Positions 16,295-26,100 of a stretch of 53,940 nucleotides of DNA are shown here, piece after piece; positions within the stretch are counted from its first letter, which is position 1; the number at the start of each line of letters is the position of its first letter. The notes under the pieces are model-generated. The model had not been told where the DNA came from and did not search any database. It worked only from the letters and a program-made list of their open reading frames with translations. The translations under genes and the position numbers were made by a program. The stretch comes from a virus (taxonomy: Duplodnaviria > Caudoviricetes), in IMG/VR virus record IMGVR_UViG_3300049165_000108, positions 1 through 53,940 of that record; one strand, given 5' to 3'.

Positions 16295-18061
16295 GTGGCA
16301 GCCGAAGAGCTCTTCAGTGCCCCGTCCGATCTGACCCTCGCGTCTGACGCAGACCTCGCCGAACTCGAGACGAGGGCCGTCGCCGAGTTCACCCGCGTCA
16401 GCGAGCTCGACTCCGTCGAGCCCGACACGCTCGCCTACGCCATGCGCCTCACCGACGACCTCGACCGCATCCGCGGCGAACTCCGCGTCCGCGAGGTCCG
16501 CGCCGAGCAGCAGGCCAGCCTCCAGCAGTCCCGCGTCGCCGAGCAGCTCTCCCAGCTCCAGGCCCGCGTCAACGGCGCCCCCGCCGCGCAGGCCGCCGCC
16601 GAGCAGGCCCCCACGGTCGACGTGGAAGCGATCGCCGCTGCCGCCGCGCGCGGCGCAGCCGTCGGCATGGCGCAGCTCATGGCCGACCGCCGCGGCGGAT
16701 CCGTCCGGCCCGAGGAAGTCGCCCGCCGCGCCACCGCCTCCCTCGCGGAGACCGCCCAGCACGCCCCCACCCCGCAGGTCCCCGAGCGACGCCTCGCCGT
16801 CACCGCGTCCGTCGACATCCCCGGTGTCGCCCGCGGCGAAGGGCTCACCAGCCTGGCCGCGCTCGCCGAGGTCACCGCCCGCAAGGCCAAGTCGATGCCG
16901 GTCACCTCCGGCGCCCCCAGCGAGCAGCTCGTCGCGTCCATCCGCAACGAGTTCGCGCACGGGCACACCGTGGACAACCGGACCACCCGCAGCGAGATGA
17001 GGGACCTCATCTCGTTCCTCACGAGCCCCGACAAGCAGGCCGCGCTCGTCGCCGGTGGTGGCTGGTGCGCACCCAGCGAGCAGCGCTACGACTTCTTCAA
17101 CATCGCCTGCGAGAGCGGCATGATCGACCTGCCGACCTTCGGCGTCACCCGCGGCGGCATCCAGTTCCCCGTCAGCCCGTCCCTCGCGGACGCCCTCGCA
17201 GGCGGGACCGCGTTCGCCGGGTTCGCCGCCGAATTCTCCAACGAGTCGAACCCGTGGCTGTGGACCGAAGCCGACGACATCGCCGCCGCCACCGGCTCCC
17301 CGACCAAGCCCTGCATGCGCGTCCCCTGCCCGGACTTCGACGAGGAAAGGCTGGAGGCATACGGCTACTGCCTCACCGCGGGCAACCTCACCGACGACGC
17401 CTACCCGGAGGCGACGCAGAACACCCTGCAACTGCTGATGGCCGCGCACGCGCACGTCATCAACGCCCGCATCATCGCGCTCATGCTCGCCCGATCCACC
17501 TCCGCCACCAGCATCACCGGCGGCGCCGCCACCGACGCCGCCGCACCGCGCATCTACAACGCGGTCGGCCTCGCCGCCACCGACTACCGGGCCCGCTACG
17601 GCATGTGCATCGAGGACGTCCTCGAAGTGATCCTCCCGTACTGGGTCAGGGACGTGATCCAGGCCGACCTCGCCTGGAAGGCCGGCGTCGAACTCGGCGA
17701 CATCCCGCTGTCGGAGGTCAACCGGTACTTCACCGCCCGCAACATCGCGGTGCAGTGGGTCAACGACTGGCAGGTGCGCGGCGCCAGCCAGTTCGGCAAC
17801 GCCACCGCCATGACCGCCTGGCCGACGACCGCGGACTTCCTCATCTACGCGGCCGGCACCTTCATCCACGGCAACGGCATGACCCTCGACCTCGGTGTCA
17901 TCCGCGACTCCGTGCTGAACGAGACCAACGACCACACGGCCGCCTGGTCCGAGGAAGCTCACCTCGTCGCGAAGGTCGGGCACGAGTCCCGCCGGTACAC
18001 GGTCGGCTTCAACGTCAACGGTGCCACCTCCGCGCTGCTGACCGGCACGGTCCGGGTCTGA
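16295..18061 (+). CDS. Major capsid protein with N-terminal scaffold (delta) region
   Basis: GGAGG RBS and GTG at 16295; coiled-coil N-terminus; ALVAGGGWCAPSE; DLPTFGVTRGG. Confidence 0.85.
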   Translation: MAAEELFSAPSDLTLASDADLAELETRAVAEFTRVSELDSVEPDTLAYAMRLTDDLDRIRGELRVREVRAEQQASLQQSRVAEQLSQLQARVNGAPAAQAAAEQAPTVDVEAIAAAAARGAAVGMAQLMADRRGGSVRPEEVARRATASLAETAQHAPTPQVPERRLAVTASVDIPGVARGEGLTSLAALAEVTARKAKSMPVTSGAPSEQLVASIRNEFAHGHTVDNRTTRSEMRDLISFLTSPDKQAALVAGGGWCAPSEQRYDFFNIACESGMIDLPTFGVTRGGIQFPVSPSLADALAGGTAFAGFAAEFSNESNPWLWTEADDIAAATGSPTKPCMRVPCPDFDEERLEAYGYCLTAGNLTDDAYPEATQNTLQLLMAAHAHVINARIIALMLARSTSATSITGGAATDAAAPRIYNAVGLAATDYRARYGMCIEDVLEVILPYWVRDVIQADLAWKAGVELGDIPLSEVNRYFTARNIAVQWVNDWQVRGASQFGNATAMTAWPTTADFLIYAAGTFIHGNGMTLDLGVIRDSVLNETNDHTAAWSEEAHLVAKVGHESRRYTVGFNVNGATSALLTGTVRV

Positions 18062-18108
18062 CCCGGACTCTGGCCGTGACCCGACGTCAAGAAGGGTGGT
18101 GAGCACTC

Positions 18109-19005
18109 GTGGCACGCCAGCTCATCGACCTGCCCACCGTGTTCACCGCCCTGCCGTACGGGCTGTGGGACACCATCCAGACCCCCAGCTCGGACGGCCC
18201 GCACTGGCAGAACGGTGTCACCTGGATCGACCGCTGCCCGACGGGTGACACCACCTACGACGAGTGCCTCACGAACCTCGACTCGGACGCGACCGAGCCG
18301 CCGCCGGAGCCCCCGGCGAAGACCGCGAACATCGAGCAGACCACGCGCGGCGCCATGCCGTTCACGGTGTACGCGGAGTTCGAATGCTCACCGGTCGGAC
18401 TGGGTGACGCCGCCACAGTCGCGGGTGACGCCCTCGCCCGCGTCGAGCAGCAGCAGGTCGAGACCGCGTTCTGGACTGGCGTCGCGGGCGGCCAAGGCGT
18501 CGTCTACCCCCACCTGGCCTCCGACGGTGAGGAGTTCGACGGGCAGGGCATCCTGCTCCAGCCCGTCGCCTCACCCGCCGCCACCGGGGGCGCCGACGTC
18601 GCGCAGGCACTCGGCGCGCTGGAGCAGGAACTGGCCGACTGCTACCACGGGCAGGGCCTCATCCACGTGCCCCGCTCGGCACTGCCAACGCTCGCCGCCT
18701 GGAAGCTCGCCCGCCTCGACGACACGACGGGCCGCCTGGTCACCCCCGCCGGGAACCTGATCGTTGCCGGGGGCGGCTACACCGGCAGCGCACCGGACGG
18801 CAGTACACCGGCCGACGGCACAACGTGGATCTACGCCACCGGCGCCGCCTTCGGATACCGGTCCGACGTGTACGTCACCCCCGTACGGGAGTCCCTGGAC
18901 CGGACCTCGAACACCCTGCGCATGCTCGCCGAACGTACGTACGTGATCGCCTTCGAGTGCTGCCTGCTGGCCGCACACATCGCCCTGGGCGTGCCCACCG
19001 AGTAG
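18109..19005 (+). CDS. Virion structural protein, possibly a second (pentamer-type) capsid protein
   Basis: Directly after MCP; 298 aa; recalled similarity to actinophage second capsid proteins. Confidence 0.5.
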   Translation: MARQLIDLPTVFTALPYGLWDTIQTPSSDGPHWQNGVTWIDRCPTGDTTYDECLTNLDSDATEPPPEPPAKTANIEQTTRGAMPFTVYAEFECSPVGLGDAATVAGDALARVEQQQVETAFWTGVAGGQGVVYPHLASDGEEFDGQGILLQPVASPAATGGADVAQALGALEQELADCYHGQGLIHVPRSALPTLAAWKLARLDDTTGRLVTPAGNLIVAGGGYTGSAPDGSTPADGTTWIYATGAAFGYRSDVYVTPVRESLDRTSNTLRMLAERTYVIAFECCLLAAHIALGVPTE

Positions 19006-19015
19006 GAGACGAACA

Positions 19016-19693
19016 ATGGCAACCCACTCCACGTGCGCGACTCCCATCAAGGGCACGCACATGCGGATCATCGAACTCGACGCCTGCGGCGTCCCCATCA
19101 CCGGCACCGGCGGCCTGGTGGCCGTCACCAAGGGCTTCGTCCAGGTCAGCATGGAACCGCAATACGAGGACGGCGTCGAGTTCTTCGAGCGCACCGCGTC
19201 CGGCGATCCGTGCGTGAACCAGAAGGACGACCCCACCCTCAAGAGGATCAACCTCACCAGCCAGTTCTGCGAGATCAACGCGTCCGCCGCGTCGCTGATG
19301 ATCTCGGCCCGCGAGCTCGTCTCCGGCACCCCCGCCACCGGCACGGGCTTCGCGCTCGCCGAGGGCAACCCCACCCGCCGCTACTCGCTGGAGGTGTGGC
19401 AGGAGGTCGCCGGCGCCGGAGCATGCGACGCCTCGGGGCAGCAGCGCTACATCTACAACGCGTGGCCCAACGTCGGCGCGACCCAGCTCGGCGGCTACAC
19501 CATCGAGAACGGCCGCTCGACGCTGGAGACGACGAGCGAGACCCGCGGCTCGTCGGCGCAGTGGGTGGCGCTGGTGGGCTCGGACTACCTGCCGGTCGGG
19601 GAGACGGTTGAGGAGGACGAGCACTGGGTGTGGAACGTGACCACCACGGCGCCCCCGACGATCGCGTGTGACCCGACGACGCTGGCCGCTTAG
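19016..19693 (+). CDS. Major tail protein
   Basis: Position, beta-rich composition, LDACG...G.PC motif. Confidence 0.7.
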   Translation: MATHSTCATPIKGTHMRIIELDACGVPITGTGGLVAVTKGFVQVSMEPQYEDGVEFFERTASGDPCVNQKDDPTLKRINLTSQFCEINASAASLMISARELVSGTPATGTGFALAEGNPTRRYSLEVWQEVAGAGACDASGQQRYIYNAWPNVGATQLGGYTIENGRSTLETTSETRGSSAQWVALVGSDYLPVGETVEEDEHWVWNVTTTAPPTIACDPTTLAA

Positions 19694-19711
19694 CACCCGA
19701 GAGGGGGAGCC

Positions 19712-20389
19712 GTGGCGCTTGCCCAGTACAGCGAGCTGTTCTGGTTCCCCTCTGGGGAGTTGGCCGCGAACGTGACGGCGAGGGTGTTCCAGCACGCGTC
19801 GAACACCCTCGCCTCGCTGTGGGCGGACGAGGGCGGCACGGTGCCGCTCGCCAATCCGGTCAGCACCAGCGGCACAGGGCGCCTGGAGTTCTGGGCGGAA
19901 GAGGGCCGGTACTGGGTGCACATCGACAGCGAGGCCTTCGAGGTAGCTGTCGGTGCGGCGGCTCAGCCCGCGACCCAGCAGGACATCGCGGCCGAGGTCG
20001 CGCGGGCGGACGGGAAGTACGCGACGATCCTCGTGGTGGCCGACCTGTCCGGCACGGTGAGCGCGCTCGGCACGGATGTGCAGGCCATCGACGGGTTCGT
20101 CAACGACCTGTTGACCCGTGTGCAGAACATCGAGCTGGGCGAGGCCTTCCTCGCCGGGGCCAACTTCACCGCGCCGGTCCTCGTCCACAACTCGCGCCTG
20201 GAGGTGCGTGACAGCGGCGGCAACCCGCTGCACCGCCTCGACGGCGCGGCCAACCAGATCGGATTCTTCGGCGCGACTCCCGTCGGCCGGCCGCCGGTGA
20301 CGGGCTCGTGGGCCGACGGCTCCGCAGGGGTATCGCTCGCCGACGCGCTCGCCGACCTCGGCCTGATCACCGACAACACCACGCCGTAG
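19712..20389 (+). CDS. Virion structural protein (possible collar or decoration fibre)
   Basis: N-terminal NP...G.LEFWA beta domain, coiled coil, C-terminal IGFFGATP...LGLI. Confidence 0.5.
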   Translation: MALAQYSELFWFPSGELAANVTARVFQHASNTLASLWADEGGTVPLANPVSTSGTGRLEFWAEEGRYWVHIDSEAFEVAVGAAAQPATQQDIAAEVARADGKYATILVVADLSGTVSALGTDVQAIDGFVNDLLTRVQNIELGEAFLAGANFTAPVLVHNSRLEVRDSGGNPLHRLDGAANQIGFFGATPVGRPPVTGSWADGSAGVSLADALADLGLITDNTTP

Positions 20390-20399
20390 GGGGCCCGCC

Positions 20400-21230
20400 G
20401 TGCCAGTCATCAACCCGATCCTGAGCACGCCGTCCGGGACCGGCGACATGCGCGGCCCGTGCGCGGACTGGCCCGTGCGGTGGACGTGCGAGCTGTCGAC
20501 GCTGAACCCGGCCGTGACCGGCATCGCGGTGTCGATGGCGACCGAGACTCTGTACGCCCTGTCGGGGATGCGGTTCGGGCTGTGCTCGGTGACGCTGCGC
20601 CCGTGCCGGAGCGACTGCGGGGACGGCCGCTTCTACGACGACTTCGGCCCCCCGTGGACCATGCGCTACTACCCGCAGCCCGCCCTCGTCGGCGGCCTGT
20701 GGTTCAACCTGACGTGCGGTTCGTGCTCGTCGGGGTGTTCGTGCGGTGACGTGTCGGAGGTGCGGCTTCCGGCACCGGTGTACGACGTCACCGAGGTGGT
20801 GATCGACGGGGTGGTGCTGGCGGCGTCGGCGTACCGCCTGGACGACAACCGGATCCTCGTCCGCACGGACGGTGGGAAGTGGCCGCGCTGCAACGACTTG
20901 TCGGAGGACTCCGGGCCGGGCACGTGGTCGGTGACGGCCCGGTACGGGGAGCCGCTCCCGGCAGGCGCGGCGCTGGCGATGGGCGAGTTGGCGTGTGAGA
21001 TCGCGAAGGCGGCGGATGGGCAGGACTGCCGTCTGCCGGCGGGTGTGCAGCAGTTGGTGCGGCAGGGGGTGAGTATCTCGTTCCCTGACGTGGGTGAGCT
21101 GTTCAAGAAGGGCCGGACCGGCCTGTATCTGGTCGACGCGTTCATCGCGACGTGGAACCCGTACGGGTTGCGGCAGAGGTCGCGGGTGTACCGGGTGGAT
21201 CAGCCGACTGTACGAAGGGCACGAACATGA
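20400..21230 (+). CDS. Head-to-tail adaptor
   Basis: Cys-rich; LACE...CRLP...RQGVS...TGL..VD. Confidence 0.7.
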   Translation: MPVINPILSTPSGTGDMRGPCADWPVRWTCELSTLNPAVTGIAVSMATETLYALSGMRFGLCSVTLRPCRSDCGDGRFYDDFGPPWTMRYYPQPALVGGLWFNLTCGSCSSGCSCGDVSEVRLPAPVYDVTEVVIDGVVLAASAYRLDDNRILVRTDGGKWPRCNDLSEDSGPGTWSVTARYGEPLPAGAALAMGELACEIAKAADGQDCRLPAGVQQLVRQGVSISFPDVGELFKKGRTGLYLVDAFIATWNPYGLRQRSRVYRVDQPTVRRART

Positions 21231-21475
21231 GCGAGCAGCAGAGGCCGTCGGTGGGCCGGATCGTCCACTACGTCGACTGGCAGGAGTACGGCGATGGCCC
21301 GCGCCCGGGCCCCTGCCGAGCCGCGATCATCACCAACGTGATCGAGCCGGACAAGGCAGACGCGTACGTCGACCTGACCATCTTCGATCCGAACGGCCAG
21401 CGCATCGACGGCGCCGTGAAGAACGACGAGACCCGCACCATCGGCGAGACCTGGCACTGGCCGGAGCGCACGTGA
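21227..21475 (+). CDS. Hypothetical protein
   Basis: PSVGRIVHY...RAAIIT...WHWPER; coupled at both ends. Confidence 0.7.
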   Translation: MSEQQRPSVGRIVHYVDWQEYGDGPRPGPCRAAIITNVIEPDKADAYVDLTIFDPNGQRIDGAVKNDETRTIGETWHWPERT

Positions 21476-21969
21476 TCACCGGCGAGCTGAAGTGGTACAC
21501 CGTCGCGGCCACCCTTGAAGGCGCCGTGCACGAAGCCCTGACGGACAAGCCCGACCGGCACGGCGTCGTCCCCGGCGCCATCGCCTGGGACGCCTGCGAC
21601 TGCGGCATGCTCGCCGTGTCCATCGCGCAGGTCTACCCCAGCGAAACCTTCCCCGCCCCACAGGCCGCCAAGGTCGGCGCCTGCGACGCCCCCTACGAGG
21701 TCGGCGAGGTCGTCGTACAAGTCATCCGCTGCGCCCCGAACGCCGAGGGGCAGAGCCTCTACCCCACCACGGCGGCGCTCGACGCCTCCGCCCGGCAAGT
21801 CGCCCGCGACGCGTACGAAGCCCTGCGCGCAGTCTCGATCCGGCTGTGCGAGATGAACGACGCCCGCGACATCAGCGACTTCCTCGTCCGCCCCCAGGTC
21901 ACCCAGGGCCCGCAGGGCGGCTGCGTCGGCTCCGAGCTGCGCGCCCTGGTCAGCCTGATGAGGAACTGA
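21472..21969 (+). CDS. Tail terminator-like protein
   Basis: Position; WD.CDCG...GPQGGC. Confidence 0.55.
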   Translation: MITGELKWYTVAATLEGAVHEALTDKPDRHGVVPGAIAWDACDCGMLAVSIAQVYPSETFPAPQAAKVGACDAPYEVGEVVVQVIRCAPNAEGQSLYPTTAALDASARQVARDAYEALRAVSIRLCEMNDARDISDFLVRPQVTQGPQGGCVGSELRALVSLMRN

Positions 21970-21971
21970 CC

Positions 21972-22358
21972 ATGCCCATCCTGCGCATCGACTGGGCAGC
22001 CGTCGACCGCATGCTCAACTCGCCGACCGGCATGGTCGGCCGGGACTGCCAGCAGCGCGCCGACCGCACCGCCGCCCAGGCCCGCCAGTTCGCCCCCGGC
22101 AGCATGAGCGAACGCATCGCCCCGCCGGTCGTGCAGCGTGGCGCCGGCGGCCCGTCGGCGGACATCACCGTCCGGCACCACGCGGTCGGCTACGTCATCA
22201 ACGGCACCGGCCTGTACGGGCCGAATGCCCGGAGGATTACGCCGGTTCGAGCCCAGGCACTCAGGTTCGTCCTGAACGGCCGCGTGGTCTTCGCGAAGTC
22301 GGTCAAGGGCCAGAAGCCGAACGACTTCCTGAACAAGGCGCTGCCCGCAGCCTTGTAG
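21972..22358 (+). CDS. Neck or tail completion protein (HK97 gp10-like)
   Basis: YV..GT...LRF...VFAKSV.G..PN.FL. Confidence 0.6.
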   Translation: MPILRIDWAAVDRMLNSPTGMVGRDCQQRADRTAAQARQFAPGSMSERIAPPVVQRGAGGPSADITVRHHAVGYVINGTGLYGPNARRITPVRAQALRFVLNGRVVFAKSVKGQKPNDFLNKALPAAL

Positions 22359-22360
22359 CT

Positions 22361-22393
22361 CCGGAATGATCATGCGCGGGGCGTACCTACCGT
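22361..22393 (+). promoter_or_regulatory. Putative late promoter, leaderless
   Basis: CCGGAATGATC, TACCGT at +27, ATG at 22401. Confidence 0.7.
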
Positions 22394-22400
22394 CCCACTC

Positions 22401-22880
22401 ATGACCGAGCTCCTCGCCCCCCCGAACGGCCTCGCGACTGCGGCCCCAGCACCCCCGGCGCGCGACTTCAGCCGCAAGCGCAAGCGCCTCGACTTCACCA
22501 TCGAGGGCGACACCTTCGACGCGGCCCCCGCCCTACCCGGCGACGTGTTCGCCGAGTTCGTCACCCTCTACAACAGCACCGGCGACACCGAGACCTACCA
22601 GCAACAGCACGACATGCTGAAGCGGGCCCTCGAACTCGCCCTCCTCCCCGACTCCTGGCAGCGGTTCGCCGCCCGGCTGAAGGACAAGGAACGGCCGATC
22701 GACGACGACCAAATGTCGGACGTCGTGCTGTGGCTGCTGGAGGAGTACGGCATGCGCCCTACACAGCCGTCGCCGGACTCATCGGATGGGCCTGCCAGCC
22801 CGGAGTCTGGCACCAACTCGACGGAGAGTACGCCAGCAGAGGCGTCGCCTTCGGAGACCTCCCCGCCGACCGCTTCCTGA
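22401..22880 (+). CDS. Tail assembly chaperone (G-like)
   Basis: Upstream of tape measure; low-complexity tail after RPT. Confidence 0.75.
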   Translation: MTELLAPPNGLATAAPAPPARDFSRKRKRLDFTIEGDTFDAAPALPGDVFAEFVTLYNSTGDTETYQQQHDMLKRALELALLPDSWQRFAARLKDKERPIDDDQMSDVVLWLLEEYGMRPTQPSPDSSDGPASPESGTNSTESTPAEASPSETSPPTAS

Positions 22881-23113
22881 ACGCGATCTACGCCGAGATG
22901 CTCCAGCGGCTGATCGTCCGCGACGGACAGACCGAGGAACAGGCACGAGCCCGCTTCGATGCCGACCTCGGGGTCTCGGCGTGGGCGCTCCCCGGCCGCG
23001 AGCGCCGCGAGGTCGAACAGCGGCCCGACGACGGTGCGCCCTGGTGGTGGCACGGCGCCGAGGATGCCAGCCAGTCCTTCCTCACCTCGATGGGGGTGAG
23101 CCTCAATGGCTGA
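22754..23113 (+). CDS. Tail assembly chaperone extension (T-like), -1 frame
   Basis: Overlapping -1 frame open from GCGCCCTAC to 23113. Confidence 0.6.
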   Translation, partial: APYTAVAGLIGWACQPGVWHQLDGEYASRGVAFGDLPADRFLNAIYAEMLQRLIVRDGQTEEQARARFDADLGVSAWALPGRERREVEQRPDDGAPWWWHGAEDASQSFLTSMGVSLNG

Positions 23114-26100
23114 CCTGATCGGGACCGCAACGATCCGCGTGGACATGGGCACGCCTACGGCGGTCCGCTCCATCCGCCGCATGGTCGCCCAGGCCGAGGG
23201 GCCTCTGCGCCAACTGCAACGTCGCGCGGCCGACGTCCGAGGCGAACTCGGGCGTCTGCGCGGAACCAGCGTCGCTGTCACCGTTGACGACCAGACCTCG
23301 GCTGGCGTCGCCGCCGTACGGGGCGCCGTGGCCGACGTTGGGCGCCTCGGGCCCCTCCGTATCCCGGTCACGGTGGACGACGACACCGGCCCCGGCATCG
23401 GCAACGTCCAGGCCACAGTCGACCGCCTGCGACGGCTCGGCGCGATCCGCATCCCCGTCACGATCGACGACGACACCAGCGTTGGCGCCGCAACCGTCCA
23501 GGCCACGGTGGCGCGCCTGCAACGCCTCGGCCCTGTCCAGATCAACGCCCGTCTCGACGCGGACCCCATGGCCATCGCTGCCAGCGCGTCCGCTCTGCGC
23601 GGACTGCAAGACGCAGCGCGCGGCACGGCCCGGACCCTCGCGTCCCTCACCACCCGCGCCACCACAGCCACTGCCGCACTCATCGCCCTGGGCGCGGCCG
23701 CGCGCACCCTGCGCGGCGACATGGACGACTTGGACGGCTCGATCCGCCGTACGGGCGGCGGCATGACCGCCCTGCGCGGACGCCTCGGCACGGTCACCAC
23801 GTCGGCCGGCAACGCCAGTACGTCCCTGGGCATGCTGAAGTCCGTCGCGATCACGCTGGCCCCTGCGCTGATCCCAATCGCCGTGCAGGCCGCGCCCATC
23901 GCGACGTCCCTCACCGCCGCCACCGTCGCGATCGGCGTGTTCGCCGCGGCGGCCGGCGGCCAGATCTCCGCGATGTCCCAGGCCGCCGACGCCGAGAAGA
24001 AGTACAAGGACGCCGTCGACGAGCACGGCGCCAGCTCGGAAGAGGCAGCGAAAGCCCAGGCGGCCTACCAGCGGCAGGTCCAGAAGATGCCGCCGGCCAC
24101 ACGCCAAGCGGCGGCCGCCCTGTCGGTGTTCAAAGACGGCTACCGGCAGTGGTCGGATGCGCTGGCCGGTGACACGATGCCCGTCGCGACGAAGGCCTTC
24201 GCCACGTTCGGCGCCCTGTTCCCCAAGCTGACCCCCGTCGTGCAGGGGGCGGGCACACAGCTCAACCGGTTCTTCACCATCGCCGCAGGCGCGATCGAGT
24301 CGCCAGGCTTCGACCAGTTCATGCAGCGCTTCGCCGACTTCTCCTCCGGGGTGCTGCAACGCGCCAACGAGGGACTGATCCGGTTCACCCGCACCCTCAA
24401 CACCGGCAAGGTCTCCGGCGGCGCGAGCGAGTTCATGGAGTACGTCCGCGCCAACGGGCCGCTGGTCCGCGAGACCCTGTCGAACCTGGCACAGGCCCTG
24501 TCGAACATTCTCCAGGCAGCGGCGAACGTGGGCCCCGGACTGCTGACCGTGGTGAACGCCTTCGCCGGGCTGGTGGCCGCACTGCCGCCGGGTGTGATCA
24601 CGGCGATGCTGCAACTGGCCCTCGCCCTGAAGGCCGTACGTTTGGCCGCCGCAGCGATGGCCGCTACGACGGTCGGAACGACAGCCTTCGCTGCGGCCAT
24701 CGGCGGGATGCGCACGGCGGCGGCCGGCGCGACGGGCGTGCTGCCGCGGCTGGCCGCGGCGATCGGTGTGATGTCCCGCGCGACGAAGCTCGCGGTCGCC
24801 GGGACCGGGATCGGGCTGCTGGTGATCGCCCTGTCCGAGCTGTCGCAGCGCGGCCGGCAGGCCCCGCCTGACATCGACAAGCTGACGTCCTCTCTGTCGA
24901 AGCTCGGCGCGACAGGGAAGGTCACAGGCGAGGCCGCGAAGGCGTTCGGCAACGATCTCGACGGCCTGTACGGCAAGGTCCGCTCCCTCACCGACCCGGG
25001 GACCACCGACAAGCTTCAGCAGTTCCTCGTCGGCTGGACCGGCTGGGACAGCACGCCGGTGAAGGAAGCCAAGGAGCACTTGGACAGCGTCGACCAGGCA
25101 CTGGCCAATCTGGTCAAGGACGGCAAGGCCGATCTGGCGGCCGCAGCGCTTAAGCGGCTGACCGCCGAGTACGGCAAGGGCGGCAGGGACACCAAGCAGT
25201 TCACCCAGGAGCTGGACGGCTACAAAGCCGCCATCGAGGACGCCAAGTTCGAGCAGAAGTTGGCGGCCGACGCGATGGGCCTGTTCGGGCAGCAGGCCCA
25301 GCAGACATCTGCCAAGCTCGCCGAGCAGAAGGCCAGCGCCGATGGGTTGCGGCAGGCGATCCAGGCGTTGAACGACGTCAACCGCGCCGGGCTCTCGGGC
25401 ATGATCGGCTTCGAAGCCGCTGTTGACGCTGCTTCGAAAGCTGCCCGGGACAACGCGGGCGTCCTCAGCATGCAGGGCGGCCAACTCTCCCTCAACACCG
25501 AGAAACAGCGCGCCGCCGCACAGGCACTTCAGGACCTGGCGTCGAAGACCGACGAGGCCGCCGGGGCAGCGCGGGAGTCGGGCCAGTCGTGGGCGGCGGT
25601 CAACGGCATCTACGAACGCGGCCGCCAGCAGCTCATCGCGAACGCGATGCAGATGGGCCTCACCCGGGCCGAGGCCGAGAAGCTCGCCTCGACGATCCTG
25701 AAGACGCCGAACAAGACGGCCCTGCTGAAGGCGGACATCACCGACTGGAAAACGAAAATCGGGGAGGCGGAGAAGCAGCTCAAAACCGCCAAGGGCGACA
25801 AGAAGGCCAAGCTCACCGCCGACATCGCCGACTGGCGGGTCAAGGTGGCGCAGGCCGAACGGCAACTGCTCGGCGCGAAGGCGAGCAAGCAGGCGAAGCT
25901 AACAGCTGACATCGAAGTGTGGAGAGCGAAGGTCGCCGCCGCCGAACGTCAGCTGCGCACGGCCAAGGGCAGCAAGAAGGCCACGCTGACCGCCAACATC
26001 GACGACTGGCGAAAGAAGATCGGCGCCGCGCAGAGACAGATCAACTCCCTACCGCCCAGCCGCTCAACCACCCTGACCATCACCACCAACTACCGCGTCA

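Noticed and set aside
16229-25865. Long antisense ORFs (for example 16229-18115, 18875-20524, 23103-25865)
   Set aside because: Expected stop-poor mirror frames of high-GC genes; no motifs or RBS
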